Source: a virus (lineage: Duplodnaviria > Caudoviricetes). Taken from it: a stretch of 64,000 bases of DNA. The stretch's first letter is position 1. Each line of letters opens with the position of its first letter. The notes under the pieces are model-generated. The model saw nothing but the letters and a program-made list of their open reading frames with translations. It had not been told where the DNA came from and made no database searches. The translations under genes were made by a program, and so were the position numbers. The DNA is taken from positions 924 to 64,923 of IMG/VR virus record IMGVR_UViG_3300025012_000085; one strand, given 5' to 3'. Positions 46,397 through 56,727 of the stretch are shown in pieces.

Positions 46397-47069
46397 TATG
46401 TCTAATAGAGTCACAACCTATGCCCAAGCATTCCTTGGTGTATTAGGTATTCCAATGGATGCTAAGATTAAGGATTTTCTGAAAAAGCTAGAGAATGATG
46501 GTCATGCGGAAAAGGGAATTAGTTTTAGTATTTGGAGAAGCCAAGATAAGTTAAACGCCTTTAAGTATGACCGAAGATTCATGAGCATCTTGGAAAACGA
46601 AATCAATAAATGGTCGTGGAGAAAAGACGACCCAAGATGGACTGAATACTGGAACAAGAAGAATGAAGCAATAAAGGCTTTGCGAATTAGAAAAGAAATA
46701 GACATGATGTCGGTAGCGAAACCGGATGCAGTAATTGAAAATGACGTACTAACTATTCTCCCTGTTGACCCGAAGGGCTATGTTTACTTTATTCAGGGCC
46801 TGTGCGGAGGAGCTATTAAGATAGGATTTTCAGTAGACCCGGTGAAGAGATTGAGAGCATTGCAAACTGGATACCCCGACACTCTCACAATTCTTTTTAT
46901 GGTTCCTGGAAACGAGTCCACAGAGAGACAGGTGCATAAGGAATTTGAAGCATCGAGATTAAAGGGAGAATGGTTTAGGCCGGACGAGCATGTTATTCAG
47001 AAAATAAAAGAGTGGAAGCACGGGCTTAGTAGAATTGACGAAGCTATGCAGAAAATAGGGTTGAGGTAA
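46377..47069 (+). CDS. T5orf172/MUG113 (GIY-YIG-like) domain protein
   Basis: GYVYFIQ....IKIGFS.DP.KRL..LQTG.P...E..VH..F...R..GEWF. Confidence 0.85.
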   Translation: MKWGTIDMSNRVTTYAQAFLGVLGIPMDAKIKDFLKKLENDGHAEKGISFSIWRSQDKLNAFKYDRRFMSILENEINKWSWRKDDPRWTEYWNKKNEAIKALRIRKEIDMMSVAKPDAVIENDVLTILPVDPKGYVYFIQGLCGGAIKIGFSVDPVKRLRALQTGYPDTLTILFMVPGNESTERQVHKEFEASRLKGEWFRPDEHVIQKIKEWKHGLSRIDEAMQKIGLR

Positions 47070-47085
47070 ATTTACCTCATTTTTA

Positions 47086-47436
47086 ATGTTAATAATTAAA
47101 GGAGATGTAAAACCAATGGATTCAAATACAAACAATCTTATCGATCAGTTAAGCGAGAAAGTGCATGATGCATGGTGGAGAGAAAAGAAAAACCAAGGAT
47201 TTCATTCTCCGAGTGAATGTGTCAGCGAGGAACATGTTGGATACTTACAATCGCATAGAGAAGCCAAGGATAGGTTTGAAGATAACCACAACCCTAAGCT
47301 TTATAAATGGTGTGCTAAGTGCCATGCTGATATGTACCCGTATGGAGAGTTATCTGAGAACATAAAGGATTACGACAGGGTTACGGTTAGAACTGTTTTG
47401 CAAGCGTTGGATTTACTTGGTAGGAAAGTAATTTAA
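47086..47436 (+). CDS. RyR-domain protein
   Basis: LSEKVHDAW...K..QG...H.DM.PY.EL.E..KDYDR. Confidence 0.7.
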   Translation: MLIIKGDVKPMDSNTNNLIDQLSEKVHDAWWREKKNQGFHSPSECVSEEHVGYLQSHREAKDRFEDNHNPKLYKWCAKCHADMYPYGELSENIKDYDRVTVRTVLQALDLLGRKVI

Positions 47437-47587
47437 TTATTTTTTCCCATTAACCCCTTCTTTTTAAATAAAAACCTTGATTTCATCACGTTTTAACCTT
47501 GTCCATCGTTAAGGACAGGCAATGAGTTAGCGGGCGTATTACTAAACGTATTATTAATGGTTTAATGACTAGTTTAAGACAAGGGAT

Positions 47588-48211
47588 GTGGACACTATCT
47601 TACTTCTGGTAAGTGGGGCAACAAAAACAATTAAAAAATACAAAGACAATCCTAATCTTGGATTTCTATTAACTCCCCGTGGTGGACACGACATAAATAT
47701 AATCATCGACTACGGACTAAAATGGGCGATGGACAATGATTGCTTTACAGGTTTTAACGAGCAAGCTTTTATAAATACCTTGAAAAGGATACAAGGAAAA
47801 CAAGGTTGTCTATTCGTAAATGCACCTGACGTAGTTGGTAACGCTGAGCTAACCCTAAAGCAGTTTGAATATTGGCAGCCTATTATCAAGTCGTATGACC
47901 TTCCGGTATCCCTTGTGGCTCAAGATGGATTAGATAAATGCGATGTGCATTGGACTAAGTTTGGGGCACTTTTTATTGGGGGTACAACAGAATTCAAACT
48001 TGGTGCTTATGTTAGGGAACTTGTCAAGGAAGCGCGGTTGAGAGGTAAGTTCGTGCATATGGGTAGGGTGAACAGCAAAAAGAGGATTAATTATGCCAGA
48101 CTTATTGGATGTAATTCTGTGGATGGTTCTGGATTTAGCATGTTTCCGGATACGCTAATTCCAAGGGGATTAGCAACTCTTAATCAACAATATTGGGAGG
48201 AGTTTGCTTGA
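47588..48211 (+). CDS. TGT/DpdA-like transglycosylase (putative 7-deazaguanine insertion)
   Basis: MDNDCF, PDVVG, VAQDG, FIGG, VHMGRVN, SVDGS: TGT-barrel motif order; adjacent VUT transporter. Confidence 0.65.
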   Translation: MDTILLLVSGATKTIKKYKDNPNLGFLLTPRGGHDINIIIDYGLKWAMDNDCFTGFNEQAFINTLKRIQGKQGCLFVNAPDVVGNAELTLKQFEYWQPIIKSYDLPVSLVAQDGLDKCDVHWTKFGALFIGGTTEFKLGAYVRELVKEARLRGKFVHMGRVNSKKRINYARLIGCNSVDGSGFSMFPDTLIPRGLATLNQQYWEEFA

Positions 48212-48870
48212 TTGTATTTCTTTATCTAATGGCAATTATAATCGCTAATGTTTTAACTGCATCATTCGCACCATTAATTATAGGGCCTTTTGTTATAACC
48301 TTAGGGACATTTCTAATCGGTGCTACTTTTGTCCTAAGGGATTTGGTTCAGGAAAAACACGGCAGAAGAAACACGTATTTAATTATTATTTTGGCATTAA
48401 TTTTATCCACAATATCATCCCGATTATTGGGCGACACGCTTTGGATTGTGCTTGCTAGTGCAGTTAGTTTTTTATTGAGCGAAACCACAGATACAGAAAT
48501 TTATACTAGATTAAGATTACCGATGCATCTTAGAGTTATCTATAGCGGGATGGTTTCAGGTGTTTTAGATTCTTCTGTATTTGTGATGGTTGGGTTGTCT
48601 CCATTGGGAGCAGGGTTTATACCTTGGGGAGCAGTTCCGATGGCTATAATTGGTCAAATAATCGTTAAAACGGTAATGCAGCTTATCGGAGTTGGTGACT
48701 TGGAACGATTCGGAGGAAAAACAAATAGGAACTGCGAGACATGCGGAAAAAGGATGCCGTTATCCGTAATGTCAATCTATAATCCTTCGACTAGGTGTAA
48801 TAGGGCTGGGTGCAACAGTGAAAACAAATTCCCTTTGTGGGAGCCATCTTGCGGAACGCAATCTAAATAG
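48193..48870 (+). CDS. VUT-family (YhhQ/QPTR) queuosine-precursor transporter
   Basis: IIANV...G.F.LRDLVQE..G...AS..SFL.SE..D..IY...S..V...LDS.VF...GQ..VK; about 6 TMs. Confidence 0.85.
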   Translation: MGGVCLIVFLYLMAIIIANVLTASFAPLIIGPFVITLGTFLIGATFVLRDLVQEKHGRRNTYLIIILALILSTISSRLLGDTLWIVLASAVSFLLSETTDTEIYTRLRLPMHLRVIYSGMVSGVLDSSVFVMVGLSPLGAGFIPWGAVPMAIIGQIIVKTVMQLIGVGDLERFGGKTNRNCETCGKRMPLSVMSIYNPSTRCNRAGCNSENKFPLWEPSCGTQSK

Positions 48871-49084
48871 TTCAGATCGGCGTTGCCCTTGCTGATTATT
48901 TTTATATCTCTAGGAGTGAAAACCATGTCCGAAAATAGATCATGCTCCGAATTTAAAAGTAATGAACCTGGTATCCTAGTTAATTGCGCAAACTGCAAAC
49001 GATGGAATTACAGCAAGCACAAATGCCGGGAAGAAATATGGGTTCGGCACTGGTTAACGTATCAAGTATCTTTGGGGTGATAGC

Positions 49085-50701
49085 ATGGTAGTTAAGAAGG
49101 AGAAGGCGAGTAAGGAAATTGTGGATGTTCCTGTTAAAGTTGATAGGCCTAAGATAAAGCAGAGTGACTTGCCATCGTTGGTGGCGATACAGGCTGAGTT
49201 AGGAAGGAGGAGTTGCCAATATTTCATAGAAAAATTCGTTAAGATAGAAGACAGGGACGCTGCTGAATTGGCAGTTCCTTTTACTTTATGGCCCGGTCAA
49301 GTTGTGGCATTAGATAGCTTCTCGAATAATAAGCTAAACATCGTATTAAAGGCTCGTCAGATGGGCCTGAGTTGGTTGGCGTTAGCTTACTCCACGTGGA
49401 GAGTAGTGCATCAAACGGGTTATTCCGTAGTCGCTATGTCAAAGCGTGAGGAAGACGCAAAGGAATTAACAAGGCGTATCGTGTTCATTTTGAAATATCT
49501 TCCCCTAACCATGATTAGAGAGAAGAAAACAGCGGGTAAATGGGTTGGCCCAGTATGGGAAGCAACTACATTGAGTGTCACTATCTATCATCCAACTGGC
49601 GAACCAAGTATATTTAGCTCATTAACTTCTGCACAAGATTCAGGGCGTTCTCTTACGGCGAATCTAGTTGTTCTTGATGAGTGGGCATTCCAGCAATGGG
49701 CTGATTCTATATGGCAATCTATATATCCTACTATTAACCGTCCAACCGGGGGGCAAGTAATAGGTATTTCCACAGCAAAGCGTATGACGTTATTCGAGGA
49801 TTTGTGGAGAAAAGCAACACAGGGCGTAAACACATTTTCCCGCGTGTTCTTGCCATGGAATACTGACCCACGAAGAACTCAAGAATGGTATGAACAAACT
49901 AAGAAGGATTTAGGAGAACAGAAGACAAAGGAAGAATATCCAAATACTCCTGAGGAAGCCTTCTCTGCCGCCGAGGGTGTGGCTTTCCCTGAGTTCAGCT
50001 ATGATCTCCATGTGGTTACACCATTTAAGATACCTGACCACTGGCGGCGTTGGCGTTCTGCTGATAATGGTTACACAGATCCGTTCGCTTGGTATTGGGC
50101 AGCGGTTGATGAGTTCGGAACCGTATATATTTATAGAGAGTATACAAGGGATACGAGGGACCCGAAGGTTAGTTACTCGGACCAAGCTAAACAGGTTGTA
50201 TTAAAGACGGGATCGGAGCGCATTGGCTTTACTGTAGTTGGTCATGATGCGTGGGCTGTACACCCTCTGACTAAAAGCACCAGTACACCACAGGGGAAGT
50301 CCATTATAGACTTCTATATTGAGGGTGGGGTTACCGATTGCATCAGAGCGGTTACCGACCGAATATTTAGAGCTGCAACATTCCATGAATACCTTAAACC
50401 ATATTGGGATGAGAATGCCGAGAAGATGACTAGTAAGGTTAAGATATTTAGTACATGCGAAAAGATTATCGAGACATTGCCACAACTGCTTATTGATGAG
50501 CGTGACCCCGAAAAGTACATGGAATGCACATATGATCACTGGGCAGATTCCGTAGGCTATCTCTTAATTTCACATCACAGCAACAAAACTGAGTTAGAAG
50601 TAACGCGTAACTATAAGGATTTACCAGACGACATACTAGAAGACATTGAAAGGGCTGACCCTAAAATGAGAGAGTATATTCTTTCCAAGATTGGCAGGTG
50701 A
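49085..50701 (+). CDS. terL: terminase large subunit
   Basis: LKARQMGLS, VVLDEWAF, IST, RSADNG...DP, DHWADS. Confidence 0.92.
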   Translation: MVVKKEKASKEIVDVPVKVDRPKIKQSDLPSLVAIQAELGRRSCQYFIEKFVKIEDRDAAELAVPFTLWPGQVVALDSFSNNKLNIVLKARQMGLSWLALAYSTWRVVHQTGYSVVAMSKREEDAKELTRRIVFILKYLPLTMIREKKTAGKWVGPVWEATTLSVTIYHPTGEPSIFSSLTSAQDSGRSLTANLVVLDEWAFQQWADSIWQSIYPTINRPTGGQVIGISTAKRMTLFEDLWRKATQGVNTFSRVFLPWNTDPRRTQEWYEQTKKDLGEQKTKEEYPNTPEEAFSAAEGVAFPEFSYDLHVVTPFKIPDHWRRWRSADNGYTDPFAWYWAAVDEFGTVYIYREYTRDTRDPKVSYSDQAKQVVLKTGSERIGFTVVGHDAWAVHPLTKSTSTPQGKSIIDFYIEGGVTDCIRAVTDRIFRAATFHEYLKPYWDENAEKMTSKVKIFSTCEKIIETLPQLLIDERDPEKYMECTYDHWADSVGYLLISHHSNKTELEVTRNYKDLPDDILEDIERADPKMREYILSKIGR

Positions 50702-50705
50702 TTAA

Positions 50706-52835
50706 ATGTTAAGTGGAATAAAAGACTTCGGCAAAAAGGTGGTGAAAAAGCTGAAAGATAAAAAACTCTCCATGAAAGAAGAGTCCGAACAGCAAGCTAA
50801 GTTAAAAAAGTGGCAGGATAAATTCAATGAAGCACGTACTGGCATTGATGAAGCAATCAGAGACGAGCGAGAAGCCATCTATCTTGGCACAAAACTAGTT
50901 GATGGTAATATCAACTCTCGAAACACGGGAGGTAAGCGCAAGCAGGCCAACAACGTAGTCAACCTTGTCCTTGAGTTCATCGAAACGGGCGTTGACTCAA
51001 CAATCCCACAACCCTCCGTCCGAACCAAGCTCCCTGGCTATGAAGTACAAGCCACAATGATCGAGGATTCCCTAACCTCAGACATAACAGAACTAGGCAT
51101 GACAGCCATTAATGATGTTAACGAGCGCATAACCCCGGTGCAAGGCTACTCTGCTATGTTGGTGGGTTGGAATCCAGACTTTAAGCATCACCTATACCGT
51201 GGCGAGTTGGAAATAGAGTCAGTCCATCCCAAAAGGATTATTCCGCAACCCGGCGTATTTGACCTTCAAAAAATGGACTACTTCTTTATTTTGAGTTCAG
51301 TCACAAAGAACTACATCAAAAAACGGTATGATGTGGATCTCGAGAATGTAGGAGAACAATTTCCCAACATTAGCCTTGTCAGTAACACCACTCAGCCCAA
51401 CAACCCCGACATGGTAACAGAGATCGTGTGCTGGTACAAGAATGATGATGGAGAAGTGTCAAAGCTTGTTTGGTGCGAGGATGAAATCCTTGAAGATATG
51501 GAAAACTTTTATGCAAGGCGCATCAACGGCAAGATTCAAGAGTTTGAAGAGCTAGGTACAGAAGTAACATTATCCTCGGTTAATGGGCAACCCGGCGAAG
51601 TCCTCCCTGTAGGAACAAAAGTTCCCTACTTCACTCCAACACGCTACCCTCTAATCATTCGCGAGAACATTCCCCTCAACTTCGCATTTGGTGGACAATC
51701 TGACGTAGATGTTATCCGCGACCAACAAGACGCTTATAAAAAAGTAGTCTCCACTATTGAGGAAAAGATTTTACGTGGGTCTGTTGTGGTTACAGCTTTA
51801 GACGGTCATAGGTTCAACCTATCTAATGAGTTATACGGAATTATTAGGGGCACTCAGTCCGAGTTGAACGCGCTCAATGTAAAGAATTTGTCTGCAAATA
51901 TTTCCAACGACCTTGCCTTTGCTCAACAACAATACAAGGCAGCACAGTCAACCCTCGGTATAACAAACTCATATCAAGGTAAATCAGACTCGACCGCAGT
52001 ATCCGGTCTAGCAAAGCAAATCCAAGTACAGCAAGCGTCCGGTCGCCTACGCTCAAAAGAATCAAACAAATACGCCGCATTTAAGCAACTCTACGAAATC
52101 ATGTTCGAGTTCAAATTAGCATTCTATGATGAACTTCGACCATTCGTAACAAAAGACGCTAATGGACAAGATTCATTCGGCGATTTCAATAAGTATGCCT
52201 TTCTTGTTCGCGATAAAGCAGGAGAACTCTACTACAACACAGACTTCATCTTTCAAGCAGACGCAGGGGCAGGGCTACCGCGAGACAAGATGTGGCTATT
52301 TAACCAAGCGACAGAAATGCTGAAGTATGGGGCGTATAACCCGGGCCCAGCTTCTGTTGTTCTGTGGACTCAATTAGTGGCTCAGAAATTCCCTAATGCC
52401 AAAGCAATTCTCGACAGCATCAATAAGCAACTTGAAGCACAGGCAAAAGCACCACCCGCACAACCTGAATCGAAAGTATCCATCAACTACGAGGACTTAA
52501 TGCCTGATGCTCAATCTCAAATGTTAGGCAAGATGGGGATTAAGTCACAAGGAGGACAACCTGAACAGATGGGTCAATTATTACAAATGCCACAACCCAA
52601 CGCAACACCGCAACAACCTGCACAACCTCAAGAGATGTCACCACGGGCTACAGAACAGCCTATGGAACCACAACAACCTCAACCTCAAGTAAACCCACAG
52701 GGTCAAGTTCAACAAGTTTTAGAGCAAGCCATGCAACATATGAGTGAAGAGGAGAGACAAGCGTTTGCTCAACTTCCGGATGAGAAGAAGATTGAAATCG
52801 TTCAGCAGTTAATGATGCAGGGAGGGCAACAATAA
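50706..52835 (+). CDS. portal protein (P22-like) with Q/P-rich tail
   Basis: 709 aa directly after terL; SG.A...Q..QA; long Gln/Pro C-terminus. Confidence 0.85.
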   Translation: MLSGIKDFGKKVVKKLKDKKLSMKEESEQQAKLKKWQDKFNEARTGIDEAIRDEREAIYLGTKLVDGNINSRNTGGKRKQANNVVNLVLEFIETGVDSTIPQPSVRTKLPGYEVQATMIEDSLTSDITELGMTAINDVNERITPVQGYSAMLVGWNPDFKHHLYRGELEIESVHPKRIIPQPGVFDLQKMDYFFILSSVTKNYIKKRYDVDLENVGEQFPNISLVSNTTQPNNPDMVTEIVCWYKNDDGEVSKLVWCEDEILEDMENFYARRINGKIQEFEELGTEVTLSSVNGQPGEVLPVGTKVPYFTPTRYPLIIRENIPLNFAFGGQSDVDVIRDQQDAYKKVVSTIEEKILRGSVVVTALDGHRFNLSNELYGIIRGTQSELNALNVKNLSANISNDLAFAQQQYKAAQSTLGITNSYQGKSDSTAVSGLAKQIQVQQASGRLRSKESNKYAAFKQLYEIMFEFKLAFYDELRPFVTKDANGQDSFGDFNKYAFLVRDKAGELYYNTDFIFQADAGAGLPRDKMWLFNQATEMLKYGAYNPGPASVVLWTQLVAQKFPNAKAILDSINKQLEAQAKAPPAQPESKVSINYEDLMPDAQSQMLGKMGIKSQGGQPEQMGQLLQMPQPNATPQQPAQPQEMSPRATEQPMEPQQPQPQVNPQGQVQQVLEQAMQHMSEEERQAFAQLPDEKKIEIVQQLMMQGGQQ

Positions 52836-53005
52836 TGGCTAAATGTAAGAAAAATCGCGAAGAAATGGAAGAAATGATGAAGGGGAAGTCTGGTGGAAAA
52901 AAGCCCTCTGTCAAGATCGACATTATGCTAGCGAAGGCAATGCCCGGTGTGTCTATACCGAAGAAAGGTGCCAAGAAGGTAGATAAGGGTAAGAAAAAAT
53001 ACTAA
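52835..53005 (+). CDS. small Lys-rich protein (56 aa)
   Basis: MAKCKKNREE...KKGAKKVDKGKKKY; start overlaps the portal stop. Confidence 0.6.
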   Translation: MAKCKKNREEMEEMMKGKSGGKKPSVKIDIMLAKAMPGVSIPKKGAKKVDKGKKKY

Positions 53006-53074
53006 TAAACGCCAACCGACGAGCTGAAAATGCTCTTATTTTTTACCAATTTTTATTCAAGGAGGTGAAGCACA

Positions 53075-53197
53075 ATGGCAGAGAAACAAATGAAAATCCC
53101 TCAAAACAGCGCAGGGTACATCAAAGCAACGAACATAGACAAAAAGAATGCTGCGCCTAAGAAGTCAACAGGCAAAGACCTTCGTTCAGGGAAATAA
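53075..53197 (+). CDS. small basic protein (40 aa)
   Basis: RBS aaggaggtg; MAEKQMKIPQNSAGYIKA...TGKDLRSGK. Confidence 0.6.
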   Translation: MAEKQMKIPQNSAGYIKATNIDKKNAAPKKSTGKDLRSGK

Positions 53198-53339
53198 GGT
53201 ATTCCATTAGTAAATGGTTTACCAAGGTATACCTAATTACCATGGGTATACCTTTTTCTTATGCCTAATTTGGGGCAGGGGTTCGCTCTCCATATGAGCG
53301 CAATACGTAGGCATACGGATATGCAAAAGGAGATTTACA

Positions 53340-54242
53340 ATGTCCAAGCTTTTCAATTTGAATTTACGTCCATTTATGGATGAGGTAGATAGCGGAAGTG
53401 GGGCAGTCGCTTCCTCACAAGATACAACTTCAACCGAATCAACCGCAGATACCTCGACCGAGACATTGACAGATTCCACAGAGTCCACCACAGACCAAAG
53501 TGAAGGAACGACCGATAAGTCAGACGTTGAGGTAGACACCAAGCCCAAGCAAACTCCTGAGCAAGATAGGGCTTACGCAGACCTTAGACGTAAGGCTGAA
53601 GCAGCAGAACGTCGAGCGTTGGAAGCTGAGGCACAACATCAGAGGGATATCCAGATTGCCAAGAAGTTCGGTCAATACGGTGTATATTCCGATGCTGATG
53701 TAGCAGGGAAGTACGGCAAGTCCCATGGCATCCATAACGTACAGCAGCTTGAAGAGGCTCTAAGGAGAGAGGAATACCAAGCTAAGGGCATTGACCCGGA
53801 CATGGTTAAGAAGCTCGTGGATGAGCATCCAGACCTTCAGGCAGCAAGGGAATTTAAACAAGCTGCTATCAGAGCGCAGGAGGATAACTTTCTCGTTAGC
53901 TCATTTGACGAGTTGACGAAGGAGTACCCAGAGATCAAAGGTGTTGCCGATGTTCCACCGGACGTTTGGAGGAAGTGGAAGAATGGTAGTACAGGGTTAA
54001 CTCTTCCAGAGGCTTATCTTGTTGTTGAGAGAAAGAACATCGAGGCAAGGAAGGTTGAAGCGGCTAAACAGGCCACCCTCAACAACATTCAGTCGAAGGA
54101 CCATGTTCGAGGGAACGGCAAGGGGTCCGAAGGGGAAACGGTGAGGATACCGGATGATGTGTTAGCGCAATACAAAGCTCTTAATCCAGGTAAGAGCATG
54201 GATGACTACAAGAAGCACTGGAAAAAGAGTCAAAACAAATAA
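53340..54242 (+). CDS. capsid scaffolding protein
   Basis: LNL..F N-terminus, acidic S/T-rich region, coiled coils; upstream of the capsid gene. Confidence 0.8.
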   Translation: MSKLFNLNLRPFMDEVDSGSGAVASSQDTTSTESTADTSTETLTDSTESTTDQSEGTTDKSDVEVDTKPKQTPEQDRAYADLRRKAEAAERRALEAEAQHQRDIQIAKKFGQYGVYSDADVAGKYGKSHGIHNVQQLEEALRREEYQAKGIDPDMVKKLVDEHPDLQAAREFKQAAIRAQEDNFLVSSFDELTKEYPEIKGVADVPPDVWRKWKNGSTGLTLPEAYLVVERKNIEARKVEAAKQATLNNIQSKDHVRGNGKGSEGETVRIPDDVLAQYKALNPGKSMDDYKKHWKKSQNK

Positions 54243-54255
54243 GGAGTGATTTTTA

Positions 54256-54660
54256 ATGTGTGCATTTAAGCGAGTTGGAAGCATTAGCGGGGATCAAGAC
54301 CCGTTCGAGTATTATCTCTTAACCGACAATGAGGGGGCAACCTTAGGAGAGGCATTATCACAAACATCCGGCAGATTGACAAAGTGTGCCGCAACTGGGG
54401 TTCCGGAATTTATCGCGGTATGTGACCGAACTGCTGAAGCCACTTCAGTTACACCATTGGCCGTTGTGAGGGTTAAGGAAACGACTGAGTTTTCCACACA
54501 AAGCATGGCGACAGTGGCTGATACAGTGATTGGTACGAAAGTCACGTTGCATACTGACGGATTACTGGTAACTGCAACAAGTTCCAGTGGAGTGTTCGAG
54601 ATTAGCGCAACGGACGGGGCAACGACTACCTCTAATGTGAAAGGTTATTTCCGCAGGTAA
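54256..54660 (+). CDS. head decoration/cement protein
   Basis: 134 aa beta-rich, between scaffold and capsid. Confidence 0.6.
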   Translation: MCAFKRVGSISGDQDPFEYYLLTDNEGATLGEALSQTSGRLTKCAATGVPEFIAVCDRTAEATSVTPLAVVRVKETTEFSTQSMATVADTVIGTKVTLHTDGLLVTATSSSGVFEISATDGATTTSNVKGYFRR

Positions 54661-54726
54661 GTTGAGTTGAATTAACGATGGGCTTCTCGGGATGAGGGGT
54701 CCTATTTTTGTGAGCAAATTTAAGGA

Positions 54727-55731
54727 GTGAAAGCAATGATTATTAGCAAAACAAGTGGAGTAATGGACAGCGCGTTTGGAAAGTCTCAGGAGCCAATCAG
54801 AATGATCCTAGAGGAACAGGAAGAAGCTTGGCAGAAGATGTCTATTATCGACCACATCTTCTTTAAGGATGAAACTAAGGACTTCGCCAATAAGTACACC
54901 ACAGAAACATCAATGGGAGATTTCAAACCCGTCGGTGAGGCTGGTAAGTACCCTGAAACCGACTTCCAGGAAGGATATTCCAAGGTAATTGAGCCGGAAA
55001 CTTGGAAAAACTCATTTGCCATTACCCAGGAAATGATCGAGGATTCCAAGATGGGAAAGGTTCGGTCTAAAACAAACCAATTCATGATGACCTACAACCG
55101 TACCCGTGAGCTTTTTGCTGCAAAACTCTTGAGCGTAGGTAATGCCACCACTATGAATTTTGGCGGGAAGAACTTCGATATTAGTTGCGCTGACGGAAAG
55201 GCTATGTTCGCAACCGATCATCCGTCCATTACGGGAGGAACCGCCGCACAATCCAATCTTTATGGCGGTGCCTTTTCTTACGACAACCTCTCTTATGCAG
55301 AAGAAAAGATGCACTATTTCAAGGATGACAATGGCCAAATTCTCACGGTAACTCCCGATACGATAATTATCCCGGACAAGGCTGCTATTAAAAAGTTAGT
55401 CTTTGAGGCAATCGGATCTGAAAATAATCCAACAACTGCAAACAATGCCACTAATTTCCATTTCGGAAGATGGAACATTGTGTTTTCGCCATACCTTGAA
55501 GCTATTAGCGGAACGAGTGGAGATTGTTGGATGCTCATGGATAGCACGTTTAACGATGCCTATCAAGCGCTGATTTGGCTTGACCGTATTCCATTAACGC
55601 TAAGAAGCACGTTTGATGAAAATACTGACAATAACGTGTGGCGCGCCAGAGCTAGGCATGGTGCAGCTCCTAACAATTGGAGAACAATTCTCTGCTCTGC
55701 ACCTGGCTTATCCGGCGCAACAGCATTCTAA
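54727..55731 (+). CDS. major capsid protein (HK97 fold)
   Basis: 334 aa; F.ITQEMIED, DG...F..DH, PD.IIIP, W...R.R.G....NWR. Confidence 0.88.
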   Translation: MKAMIISKTSGVMDSAFGKSQEPIRMILEEQEEAWQKMSIIDHIFFKDETKDFANKYTTETSMGDFKPVGEAGKYPETDFQEGYSKVIEPETWKNSFAITQEMIEDSKMGKVRSKTNQFMMTYNRTRELFAAKLLSVGNATTMNFGGKNFDISCADGKAMFATDHPSITGGTAAQSNLYGGAFSYDNLSYAEEKMHYFKDDNGQILTVTPDTIIIPDKAAIKKLVFEAIGSENNPTTANNATNFHFGRWNIVFSPYLEAISGTSGDCWMLMDSTFNDAYQALIWLDRIPLTLRSTFDENTDNNVWRARARHGAAPNNWRTILCSAPGLSGATAF

Positions 55732-55776
55732 TTAACAGGCGGGTAGAAATACTCGCCTTACTTTATTTTTTAAGGA

Positions 55777-56253
55777 GTGAATCACATGACCGAAGGAATC
55801 AGTAATTTTACCATCGTAGATGCAGATTCTTTTTCTATGGGAGGCGTAGCAATAACGGCAACCGCAACGGAACTCAATCGTTCCATGAAGAAGGTTACCG
55901 GAGCGTTGGCGGCTGTCGATACAGGTGGCGGAATATTCGCATGGGCGAATCCAGAGGCAGGAGCGATATTAGTCCATCATGTAGTCCTAAATGTGACTAC
56001 AAAAACTACCGGAGCATGTTCAATAGACGTTGGAACTACTGCCACCAGTGCAACAACCTCCAGTGATACCTTAATCGACGGAAAAGACATCGCTGCCGCA
56101 ACAGGTATCTTCACCAATGATGAAAGCGCAGGAACAAATGGAAAACCATTCAAGCGACTGGCATCCGGTAAATGGGTAACAGGTTCGATGGTAGCGGGTG
56201 GAGCAACTGCGGGACTTGTAGGAACCTACGAAATATATTACACAGCACTATAG
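55777..56253 (+). CDS. structural protein
   Basis: A/G/T-rich beta protein after the capsid gene. Confidence 0.55.
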   Translation: MNHMTEGISNFTIVDADSFSMGGVAITATATELNRSMKKVTGALAAVDTGGGIFAWANPEAGAILVHHVVLNVTTKTTGACSIDVGTTATSATTSSDTLIDGKDIAAATGIFTNDESAGTNGKPFKRLASGKWVTGSMVAGGATAGLVGTYEIYYTAL

Positions 56254-56454
56254 AGGGCTTAATGCCCTCTTCTTTTTAGGAGGAAATAATGCTAGAATCT
56301 CAAATTGACACATCGACAACCGAACGTCAACTACTCTACGATATTCGCACTGAATCACGCAAAACAAACGAACTACTCGCACAACTTATCGAAGTTCTAA
56401 ACCCAATCGCGAAGGGCTTAGGGCTAGGAGAAGAATTGAAGGGGGATAGCACGA

Positions 56455-56727
56455 ATGGCACATTGCCCATTAGCAAAAGAAGTCCTGGTTGTAACGACAC
56501 TCGTTGCGACAGCCCAAAACATAGCGGTAAACGGAAGACCGTGCATGATAAGCAACACAGGAGCACAACCCCTGTACTTTCACCCAACGGAGACGGCAAC
56601 AGCGGCAAACGGGTTTCTCGTTCCAGCCGGGACTCTGCTACAAGTAAAGTTCTCGGTGAAAAACAATTTGTCAGTGATCTCTAATGCGACTGGGACAAGT
56701 TGTGCTGTATTGATTTTGGATATTTAG
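56455..56727 (+). CDS. small structural protein
   Basis: ISNTG...LY......A..NGF.V.AG beta-sandwich-like; RBS ggggg. Confidence 0.5.
   Translation: MAHCPLAKEVLVVTTLVATAQNIAVNGRPCMISNTGAQPLYFHPTETATAANGFLVPAGTLLQVKFSVKNNLSVISNATGTSCAVLILDI

Noticed and set aside
47470-47585. Resolvase res-like inverted repeats (tgtcc...ggaca)
   Set aside because: Short and imperfect, with no resolvase gene in the window
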